A stretch of 32,000 nt of DNA from Desulfobulbus propionicus DSM 2032 (lineage in GTDB: Bacteria > Desulfobacterota > Desulfobulbia > Desulfobulbales > Desulfobulbaceae): contig NC_014972.1 in assembly GCF_000186885.1 (NCBI RefSeq), positions 2,040,001 through 2,072,000 of the forward strand, in the 5' to 3' direction. The notes beneath the pieces are model-generated. The model had not been told where the DNA came from, ran no database searches, and worked only from the letters and a program-made list of their open reading frames with translations. A program made the translations under genes and the position numbers. Of the stretch, positions 17,981 through 24,947 are shown in pieces (the stretch's first letter is position 1; every line of letters begins with the position of its first letter).

Positions 17981-18850
17981 ATGCACTACCAAGGAACCAT
18001 CTATCGGCCGCCCAGCGAGGCCAACAGCATCCTGCTGCAGGTAACCACCGGCTGCTCCCACAACAAGTGCACCTTTTGCGGGATGTACAAAGGGCAACGG
18101 TTCTCGATCAAGTCCGACGACATCATCTTTGCCGACATCGACTATGCGTCCAACTATTTTTCCTTTGCCCGCCGCTTGTTCCTCTGCGACGGCGATGCCC
18201 TGATCGTGCCGCAGCAGCGGCTGCTTGCCATCCTCCAGCGGATTGAAACCCGTCTGCCGCAGGTCACCCGTGTGGGCATTTACGCCAACAGCAAGAGTCT
18301 GCGACTCAAAACGGTCGAGGAGTTGCGGCAGTTACGGCAACACGGTCTGGGCATCGTCTACATGGGCCTGGAAAGCGGCGACGACTCCACCCTTGCCCGG
18401 ATGCACAAGGGCGCGACCGCCGAGGAGATGATCGCCATGGGGCAAAAGGCCAAGGCCGCCGGTCTTCCCCTGTCCCTCACCGTGCTCCTGGGCATTGCCG
18501 GGCCGGAGCGATCGGCCATCCACGCAACGGAAACCGGCCGGGTGCTCAGCGCCATAGATCCGGAATATGTGGGTGCCTTGAGCCTGATGCTCGAACCCGG
18601 AACCCAGCTCCATGACCAGTACCGGGATGGAAGGTTCGCCATGCCCGAGCCGCTGGCCATCCTCCAAGAGCTACGGACCATGATTGCGGCCACTGAACTC
18701 AGCAACGGTCTCTTTCACGCCAACCACGCCTCCAACTATCTGCCGATCCGGGCCAAGCTGCCCGAAGACAAGGAAAAGACCCTGGCCGTGCTCGATCAGG
18801 CCCTTGTCGGCGCCCTGTCCTTGAAACCCGAGTTTCTTCGCGCCTTATAG
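17981..18850 (+). CDS. Radical SAM protein of unknown function (paralog B)
   Basis: 'IYRPPSEANSILLQVTTGCSHNKCTFCGMY', 'YMGLESGDD' and 'FHANHASNY' match. It is collinear with the 5161..6063 product over the full length. GGAGCGGAG lies upstream of the ATG. Confidence 0.8.
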   Translation: MHYQGTIYRPPSEANSILLQVTTGCSHNKCTFCGMYKGQRFSIKSDDIIFADIDYASNYFSFARRLFLCDGDALIVPQQRLLAILQRIETRLPQVTRVGIYANSKSLRLKTVEELRQLRQHGLGIVYMGLESGDDSTLARMHKGATAEEMIAMGQKAKAAGLPLSLTVLLGIAGPERSAIHATETGRVLSAIDPEYVGALSLMLEPGTQLHDQYRDGRFAMPEPLAILQELRTMIAATELSNGLFHANHASNYLPIRAKLPEDKEKTLAVLDQALVGALSLKPEFLRAL

Positions 18851-18893
18851 CCTTTCTCTCGTCTGAACTGGGCAAGGGAGGCTTGTTCCCGTC

Positions 18894-19655
18894 TCAGTTG
18901 GAGTCGTTCCCGTACTGTCCCTCCAGGTGGGGGCCTGTGGCGTCGTAGATAACAACCCGGTTGCGGCCCAGCATTTTGGCGTGATAGAGGGCTTGGTCCG
19001 CCTGACGGATCAGCTCGCTGGCCTTGCTGTCACGCGAGGGAACCATCGCGGCCACGCCTTGACTGACCGTAAGAATCGGTGCAACCTGCGAGGTCGCATG
19101 GGGAATTTTCAGCTGGTCGATCCGTTGGTGGAAGAGTTCGGCCACCTTGTAGGCCGCTTCGGCGCTGCAATCGGGCAAAAGGCAAATGAATTCCTCGCCC
19201 CCGTAGCGAGCCAGGGAGTCGGAGACGCGCCGCATCCCCTTCTGCAACGCCGTGGCCACTTCGCGCAGGCATTGATCTCCAGCCACATGACCGTAATGGT
19301 CGTTGAATTTCTTGAACTGATCGATGTCGATCATGATCGCAGCCAAGGAACTGTTGGTGCGCTGGCAACGCCGCCACTCGCGATGCAGCTTGTCCTCATG
19401 GTAACGACGGTTGGCAATGCCGGTCAGGCCATCGAGGTTGGTCAGTTTGCGCAACTCCTCGTTGGCCAGTTCAAGACTTTGGTTCGCTTCCTCGACCTTG
19501 GCGATCTGGGCGACCACCAGTCTGGCGGTGATGGCGGCGGCCTCGCGGGAAGCGAGCACTTCCCGGTAGAGAAGCTGATAGGCGGCAAACAGCTCCTCCT
19601 TGCTCAGTCGCGCCAGTTGCTGTTTGTCCAAATGATAGAGATCAAACGAGTGCAT
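18894..19655 (-). CDS. Diguanylate cyclase (GGDEF domain) with coiled-coil N-terminus
   Basis: 'LDGLTGIANRR', 'IDIDQFKKFNDHYGHVAGD', the active-site 'GGEEF' and 'RVSD' (an RxxD I-site five residues upstream of GGEEF) are present. The first ~85 aa are heptad-like, with no recognisable PAS/GAF/REC domain or TM segment. The ATG at 19655 lies inside the 3' end of the protease gene. Confidence 0.9.
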   Translation of the reverse strand: MHSFDLYHLDKQQLARLSKEELFAAYQLLYREVLASREAAAITARLVVAQIAKVEEANQSLELANEELRKLTNLDGLTGIANRRYHEDKLHREWRRCQRTNSSLAAIMIDIDQFKKFNDHYGHVAGDQCLREVATALQKGMRRVSDSLARYGGEEFICLLPDCSAEAAYKVAELFHQRIDQLKIPHATSQVAPILTVSQGVAAMVPSRDSKASELIRQADQALYHAKMLGRNRVVIYDATGPHLEGQYGNDSN

Positions 19656-20070
19656 TGGCAGCTTCCACGGCCATATCCGCAGCCCGTTTGATCGTTTCCG
19701 CCTCCCCTTCCCCTTCGATCCCGATCAGCCATACCTTGGGCAGGGGATCAAGGCCGAGGTGCGGCAGGGTCTTGAGCAGATAGAGCAATCCCCCGGAATG
19801 GGAATACGCTTCGGTCCACACTTCATCGAGCCGCGCCGCATCGAGCCGCACCACCGAACCTGGATCGGCGAAGCCAACAACCCGATCAACCAGCACCATG
19901 ACCTCGCATCCATCGAAAAACGGCAGCAGATCGAGGCCAGCCAGCCCGCCATCGAGCACCTCGAACGAATCGCCAAGGTTTCTGGAGCGCAGCTCGTCGT
20001 GGACCAGATGGCCGACGGCATCGGCCGTCACCAAGCTGTTGCCCACGCAGATGATCCGCCGCCGGTTCAT
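19642..20070 (-). CDS. [NiFe]-hydrogenase maturation endopeptidase (HyaD/HybD/HoxM family)
   Basis: 'RIICVGNSLVTADAVGHLV', 'VLDGGLAGLDLL' and 'VMVLVDRV' follow the GN...DD.G...D.G pattern of hydrogenase proteases. The start has an ATGA overlap with the large-subunit stop. The longer ORF to 20139 is rejected. Confidence 0.8.
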   Translation of the reverse strand: MNRRRIICVGNSLVTADAVGHLVHDELRSRNLGDSFEVLDGGLAGLDLLPFFDGCEVMVLVDRVVGFADPGSVVRLDAARLDEVWTEAYSHSGGLLYLLKTLPHLGLDPLPKVWLIGIEGEGEAETIKRAADMAVEAANALV

Positions 20071-21575
20071 GCGCCGATCCGGATCCGGCCCAGGGAATGT
20101 CCTTGCCGGCCCACCGCATGGACCGAGCAGACCATGCACAGATCAAAACTGCGGACCACATGGCCTACCTCCACGGGATCTTCAGGATTATGCACCGGTG
20201 TACCCACCAGGGCCTCTTCGATGGGACCACGAACACCACGGTCATCGCGGGGCGAGGCGTTCCAGGTGGTCGGCGGAACGATCTGGTAATGGTCGATATA
20301 GCCGCCGTTGAGCTGCACCCAGTGGCCGAGCAGGCCGCGGGGCGCCTGGATCAACCCCAGACCGGAACCGTTGGCAGGAACGCCGGTCGGTTGATAAAAG
20401 GGTTCGGCGGGATCGATTGCCCGCAGGTCGCGTTCCATGGTCATCAGCAGGCGACCGGCGCGAACTATGCGTGCCAATTCCCGGGCCAAGGCAGACGTTC
20501 CGTGGCCGGCGACCAGATCCGTCAGCAAGGGATCACGGCGGGTCAGGGCTTCGGCCAAGGCTCCGGTTTCCGCCGGAGAGCCGTTGTACCGTGGCGCCTT
20601 GCACCAGGAATAGGTTCCGCTTGCGGCTGACTCCTTGGGATGGGTTTCGGACTCGGAGGGATGACCGCCTGAATCGCTGTCTTGATAATGGGCGTACCGC
20701 ACCTCCTCGGCGATGTGTCGCTGATCCAGGACATTCAGGGCATCGCCGTGAAGGACATGACCTGCCATCGATTCCGAAGGCGGGTTGTCCACGGGCAATG
20801 GCGGTCCGGTGATGAACGAGCCATGCCAACCACCGAGGTGCTCCAGGGCAAGGGGAAAGGCGCTGCGCAGAAAAAAGCCGAGCTCGCTTGCTCGATGTTC
20901 TGGCCGTTCCTCAAGCCAGTCCTCCAGTTGGACGCGATTATGCACGGCCGCGAACCGCTCCAGGGAGCAACCGAGCACCTCCTGTTCGTACCAGCGGCGA
21001 AATTCCGCGAGCAGCAACCTGCACTGGCGCAGATCGGCTGCGCTGGGCTGGGAGGTAACGCCGCCGGGAACGATGAACGAGGAGTGAGGCCATTGCCCGC
21101 CAAGGATGGCGATGATTTCCGGCAATTTTTTGGTGGCCAGAATGGTCGCGACCACCGTGCTGCCCTGATAGGGGCGGTACCGCTGGATCATTTCCTGGTA
21201 GAGCGGGTGCCGACCGTACCCTGTTGCGGTGAAATCAGCGGCAAACATCAAGAAAAGATGGCGAAAATCGTTTTGCAGTGTTTCCGCGCCCAAGGCAATG
21301 CGGCGCACAAGCAGGCCGTTGCGGCTGACCGCTGTTCTGGTGATGTCTTCCAGGGCCATGGCCGCGGCCAATAAATGACTGGTGCTGCAGATGCCGCAAA
21401 TCCGAGGGGTGATCACCAGGCCGTCCAGGGAACTGCGGCCGATCAGCATGGTTTCGATCCCCCGGTACATGGTCCCGATCATCCAGGCATCGGTCACCAT
21501 CCCGTCTTCAATGGCGACCTTGACCTCCAGATCCCCTTCAACCCGATTCATTGGCATGCATACTGTTTCTGCCAT
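20067..21575 (-). CDS. [NiFe]-hydrogenase large subunit (cytoplasmic, group 2-like)
   Basis: The N-terminal Ni-ligand motif is 'RICGICSTSH' and the C-terminal motif is 'FDLCMVCSVH', followed by a 16-aa tail (AVGRQGHSLGRIRIGA). The product is 502 aa. A GGAGA RBS lies upstream of the ATG at 21575. Confidence 0.9.
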   Translation of the reverse strand: MAETVCMPMNRVEGDLEVKVAIEDGMVTDAWMIGTMYRGIETMLIGRSSLDGLVITPRICGICSTSHLLAAAMALEDITRTAVSRNGLLVRRIALGAETLQNDFRHLFLMFAADFTATGYGRHPLYQEMIQRYRPYQGSTVVATILATKKLPEIIAILGGQWPHSSFIVPGGVTSQPSAADLRQCRLLLAEFRRWYEQEVLGCSLERFAAVHNRVQLEDWLEERPEHRASELGFFLRSAFPLALEHLGGWHGSFITGPPLPVDNPPSESMAGHVLHGDALNVLDQRHIAEEVRYAHYQDSDSGGHPSESETHPKESAASGTYSWCKAPRYNGSPAETGALAEALTRRDPLLTDLVAGHGTSALARELARIVRAGRLLMTMERDLRAIDPAEPFYQPTGVPANGSGLGLIQAPRGLLGHWVQLNGGYIDHYQIVPPTTWNASPRDDRGVRGPIEEALVGTPVHNPEDPVEVGHVVRSFDLCMVCSVHAVGRQGHSLGRIRIGA

Positions 21576-21593
21576 GCAATCTCCTTCAGCGGT

Positions 21594-22526
21594 TCAGACC
21601 CGTGAACGCCGCTTGATCAACCGCTCGGGTGCGGCCGCGGCCGCCATTCCCTTGTAGGCCAGATAGTGGGCGCGATCCACCCCATCGGGCAATTCCAACG
21701 GCACATCGATGATATTGGGGGTGTGAAAGAAGGGATGGTCCTGAGGGAAATCCGGATCGGTACAGCCAAAGCAGGGAACTCCGGCATTGGTCTTCGAGTT
21801 GCGGTTGTTCCACAGAATTTTGTTGCACGGGGCGTAGGTCAACGGTCCCCGGCATCCCATATGGAAGAACATGCAGCCAGGACCGCCGAAATCGCTGTCT
21901 TCAACCCGATACTCGTGATATTCATTGCGCGTGCAGCCCTGATGGACCAGGATTCCGAACCAGTCTTCCGGCGCTTGATAGCTGTTGAGCGACGGCAACC
22001 GCTCCTCGCAGACCGCGCACAGCGTATCCTTGAGCACCGTGGGATGCACCGGGCAGCCGGGCAGGTTGATGACCGGCCATCCCCTGGCCGAACGAAAGTG
22101 CTCTCCCAGCAGGCCGCCGGGTTGGCGATGGTGGAACTGGAGACCGGTGGCATCGACTTCGCCCAATTTGCCGATACCGCCGAAACACGCGCAGGTGCCG
22201 ACCGCGATCACCGCACCGGCCCTGGCCGCCAGTTCCTCGACAATCAAGGCCTTGGCCTCGCCGCGCAAGGTGTCAAACCCGCCACTCGAAGCAGGACCGG
22301 CGAGAATGAATCCCTCGATCAGCAGGAGATCGAGCGGCTGCTTGCCCTGACGAAAATCAGCCACCAACGTCTCGTACGCGCCCATATTGCCGTGGCTGAA
22401 GGAAGGGTGCCAGAGGGTTATTCGCATCTCGGCGAGCAAAGCGGGCAGGTGCGGTGTTTCCATGCCCAGCAGACTCATGGTGTCGCCCCCGCAGGCGCCG
22501 CACTGCAACCACAAGGCCGTTGGCAT
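21594..22526 (-). CDS. [NiFe]-hydrogenase small subunit, no Tat signal peptide
   Basis: The protein starts directly at 'LWLQCGACGGD', the proximal-cluster CxxC. 'GTCACFGG', 'LPGCPVHP', 'HQGCTRNEYHE', 'GCRGPLTYAPC' and 'GVPCFGC' provide ligands for three FeS clusters. There is no RRxFxK leader and no C-terminal membrane anchor. Confidence 0.9.
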   Translation of the reverse strand: MPTALWLQCGACGGDTMSLLGMETPHLPALLAEMRITLWHPSFSHGNMGAYETLVADFRQGKQPLDLLLIEGFILAGPASSGGFDTLRGEAKALIVEELAARAGAVIAVGTCACFGGIGKLGEVDATGLQFHHRQPGGLLGEHFRSARGWPVINLPGCPVHPTVLKDTLCAVCEERLPSLNSYQAPEDWFGILVHQGCTRNEYHEYRVEDSDFGGPGCMFFHMGCRGPLTYAPCNKILWNNRNSKTNAGVPCFGCTDPDFPQDHPFFHTPNIIDVPLELPDGVDRAHYLAYKGMAAAAAPERLIKRRSRV

Positions 22527-22580
22527 TGAATCCTCCCTCTGGTACGATAAATGGTTTCGTCTCGTTCTTTAGTGAATTTT

Positions 22581-22610
22581 AGTGTATTGCCTTGCAACCA
22601 TTTCTGTCAA
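22581..22610 (-). promoter_or_regulatory. Sigma70-like promoter candidate for the hydrogenase operon (TTGACA-18 nt-TACACT)
   Basis: Read on the minus strand, the -35 TTGACA is at 22610..22605 and the -10 TACACT at 22586..22581. This is about 55 nt upstream of the small-subunit ATG, which has a GGGAGGA RBS. Confidence 0.35.
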
Positions 22611-22650
22611 GCATCATAACCTTTTTCATTTACTGAAAATTTTTCCAACA

Positions 22651-22944
22651 ATGACCCAACACGCATCTCCCGGGACCGTTGGGGCCGTTCAGCAGGCCCG
22701 CATCGATACCGACTACATTGAACTGGATAAACTGCTCAAGCGGGAAAATCTGACGGCCAGCGGCGGCGAGGCCAGGTACCTGATCAGTCAGGGCCTGGTG
22801 CTGGTCAACGGAATAGTGGAACTCAGAAAACGAAGAAAACTGCGGTCGGGAGACGTGGTGACCTGCGGTGAAACAACGCTTCGGGTGGAAGGCCCCTCCC
22901 CTGCCGGCGCGGCAGGCGATCCGACAGGGGAAAAGGCAGATTGA
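22651..22944 (+). CDS. S4-domain RNA-binding protein (YbcJ-like)
   Basis: 'IELDKLLKRENLTASGGEARYLISQGLVLVNGIVELRKRRKLRSGDVV' parallels E. coli YbcJ. The start is ATG 22651; the ORF part from 22582 is AT-rich promoter sequence. Confidence 0.7.
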   Translation: MTQHASPGTVGAVQQARIDTDYIELDKLLKRENLTASGGEARYLISQGLVLVNGIVELRKRRKLRSGDVVTCGETTLRVEGPSPAGAAGDPTGEKAD

Positions 22945-22959
22945 ACAAGGGTATATGAT

Positions 22960-23856
22960 TCAGCGGGTGAGTCGCTGCTGGGCCTCTTCGTAGCGGCTTT
23001 TGGTCTTCGCTAGGATTTCCGCCGGCAAGGGAGGTGGTGGCGGCTGCTTATTCCAATCAAGCGACGACAGATAGTCGCGCAGGAATTGTTTGTCAAAGCT
23101 TGGCTGTCCCTTGCCAGGGGTGTACTGGTCCAGCGGCCAGAACCGCGAGGAATCGGGGGTCAGCACCTCGTCGATCAGCAGCAGGTTGTCACCGTCGAGG
23201 CCCATCTCGAACTTGGTGTCGGCGATGATGATGCCCTTGGTGCGGGCGTAGTCGGCGGCCCGCTGGTAGAGTTGAATGCTGGTCGTGGCCATCTTGTCGG
23301 TCAGCTCAGTGCCGACCAGCTCCCGCATCCGCTCGATGGAGATATTTTCATCGTGCAGACCTTGTTCGGCCTTGGTGGACGGGGTGAACAACGGCTGGGG
23401 AAAGGGATCGGACTCGCGCATCCCCTCGGGCAGGTTGAACCCGCACACCGTGGTGCTTTTCTTGTACGCGCTCCAGAACGAACCGGAGAGATACCCCCGA
23501 ACGATGCACTCGATCGGCACCACCTTGGTACGCTTGACCAGCATGGAGCGACCTTGCAGTTGGTCGCGGTATTGATGGCAGACCTTGGGGAACTGATCGA
23601 TGTCGGCGCTGATCAGGTGGTTGGGCACGATATCGCCAAGCAGCTTGAACCAAAACAGCGAAATCTCGGTCAGCACCTTGCCTTTGCCCGCGATGGGATC
23701 GGTCATGACCACATCATAGGCGGAAATCCGGTCGGTGGCCACCATCAGCAGTTTATCTTCATGGCCTGGAATCTCGTACATATCCCTGACCTTGCCTCGA
23801 TGCAGCAGGTTCAACTCCGGACAGTGGGTGACGATGACAGCCTCACTCATTTTCAT
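22960..23856 (-). CDS. purC: Phosphoribosylaminoimidazole-succinocarboxamide (SAICAR) synthase
   Basis: 'LHRGKVRDMYEI', 'LLMVATDRISAYDV' and 'IIIADTKFEMG' match the long-form PurC. The product is 298 aa. Confidence 0.95.
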   Translation of the reverse strand: MKMSEAVIVTHCPELNLLHRGKVRDMYEIPGHEDKLLMVATDRISAYDVVMTDPIAGKGKVLTEISLFWFKLLGDIVPNHLISADIDQFPKVCHQYRDQLQGRSMLVKRTKVVPIECIVRGYLSGSFWSAYKKSTTVCGFNLPEGMRESDPFPQPLFTPSTKAEQGLHDENISIERMRELVGTELTDKMATTSIQLYQRAADYARTKGIIIADTKFEMGLDGDNLLLIDEVLTPDSSRFWPLDQYTPGKGQPSFDKQFLRDYLSSLDWNKQPPPPPLPAEILAKTKSRYEEAQQRLTR

Positions 23857-23926
23857 GCTCCTGAAACAATGGATTGATTCATAATGACGCCTAGACGATT
23901 AGGCGATTATTGTTATCATTTTATGG

Positions 23927-23953
23927 AAAAAAGCAACCGCCTTTGCGGCGGTT
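23927..23953 (-). terminator. Intrinsic terminator-like hairpin on the minus strand, upstream of purC
   Basis: The minus strand reads AACCGCC-gcaaa-GGCGGTT-gc-TTTTTT. This is a 7-bp perfect stem (23935-23941 / 23947-23953) with a T6 run at 23932..23927. It lies about 70 nt upstream of the purC ATG. Confidence 0.5.
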
Positions 23954-23961
23954 CACCGGAC

Positions 23962-23989
23962 TTGACAACCCGCACCGGCACCTTACACT
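23962..23989 (+). promoter_or_regulatory. Promoter candidate for the hsp20 pair (TTGACA-16 nt-TACACT)
   Basis: A perfect -35 TTGACA is at 23962-23967 (CTTGACA also resembles the sigma32 -35 CTTGAAA). The -10 TACACT is at 23984-23989. The AAGGAGG RBS precedes the ATG at 24032. Confidence 0.4.
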
Positions 23990-24031
23990 TACTGATCATA
24001 CCAACCCCCTACCCCCACAAGGAGGTGCAGC

Positions 24032-24490
24032 ATGGCATTCATACGATTTGCAGATCGGCCGGCCTTTCGCAATCCCTGGGCCGAATTTGAACGGATCCGC
24101 CAAGGGCTTGATGAACTCTCGCGCTCCTACGCCGACAAAGGTAAAGGGCAAGCCCGGGCCAATGTCTATCCGGCACTTAATATTTACGAAGAAAGCGACC
24201 GGCTGATCGTGACCGCAGAACTGCCCGGGGTCAAGGTCCACGATCTGGAACTGTCTGTCGAAGGTGAAACCCTGACCATTCAAGGCAAACGGGACAGCCG
24301 CCAAAACGACCCTGGCATCTCCTACCACCGCCGCGAGATTGAATCGGGCAGCTTCAGCCGCGCCATTGCCCTGCCGGTAAAAATCGATACCGAGCAGGTG
24401 GGCGCAAAACTCAGCAACGGCATCCTGACCATCACCCTGATGAAGGCCTCCGAGGTCAAACCCCGTCAGATCAAAGTTACCGCCGAATAG
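24032..24490 (+). CDS. Small heat-shock protein (Hsp20/alpha-crystallin family)
   Basis: 'YPALNIYEESDRLIVTAELPGVKVHDLELSVEGETLTIQGKR' and 'GSFSRAIALP..ID...V.AKLSNGILTITL' form the alpha-crystallin domain. Confidence 0.9.
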   Translation: MAFIRFADRPAFRNPWAEFERIRQGLDELSRSYADKGKGQARANVYPALNIYEESDRLIVTAELPGVKVHDLELSVEGETLTIQGKRDSRQNDPGISYHRREIESGSFSRAIALPVKIDTEQVGAKLSNGILTITLMKASEVKPRQIKVTAE

Positions 24491-24503
24491 AGGAGGCAAG
24501 CGC

Positions 24504-24902
24504 ATGACAGAACAGGAATTGAAGATCCAGGAGAAAAAAGCGGCCCAGCATGACGGTGAAACCACCAAGAGCGAAACCTATTTTGCCCCGCACGTCGACA
24601 TCTTCGAAACCGACAAGGAGGTGACCGTCATCGCCGACGTGCCCGGTGTCACCAGCGAGGGACTCGATCTCTCCCTCGAAGACAACGTACTCACCATTCA
24701 GGGCCACCGCCTGCCGCCGCCTCATCATGGACGGCTCATCCTGGAGGAGTATGAGTGCGGCCACTATCTGCGGCGGTTCACCGTGGCGGAAACCATCGAC
24801 CAAAACAACATCGAGGCGTCTCTCGTTGACGGTGTGCTCAGGGTGCGTCTCCCCAAGGCCGGCCCAGCGCAACCGAGAAAGATCGAGGTCAACATAGGTT
24901 GA
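24504..24902 (+). CDS. Small heat-shock protein (Hsp20 family), divergent second copy
   Basis: 'FAPHVDIFETDKEVTVIADVPGVTSEGLDLSLEDNVLTIQGHR' and 'ASLVDGVLRVRLPK' match. A GAGGAGG RBS is present. The gene starts 13 nt after the first hsp20. Confidence 0.85.
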   Translation: MTEQELKIQEKKAAQHDGETTKSETYFAPHVDIFETDKEVTVIADVPGVTSEGLDLSLEDNVLTIQGHRLPPPHHGRLILEEYECGHYLRRFTVAETIDQNNIEASLVDGVLRVRLPKAGPAQPRKIEVNIG

Positions 24903-24947
24903 GCGCGGCCTCTTGCCGATGGATCGGGGATACGCCCCTACTGGAAT

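Noticed and set aside
20067-20144. Possible selenocysteine ([NiFeSe]) in the large-subunit C-terminal motif
   Set aside because: The frame has no in-frame TGA here. Both Ni ligands of the C-terminal motif are ordinary Cys codons (DLCMVCSVH).
23884-24206. Small plus-strand ORFs 23884..24090 and 23910..24206
   Set aside because: They overlap the hsp20 promoter/RBS and the well-supported hsp20 reading frame, and have no motifs.
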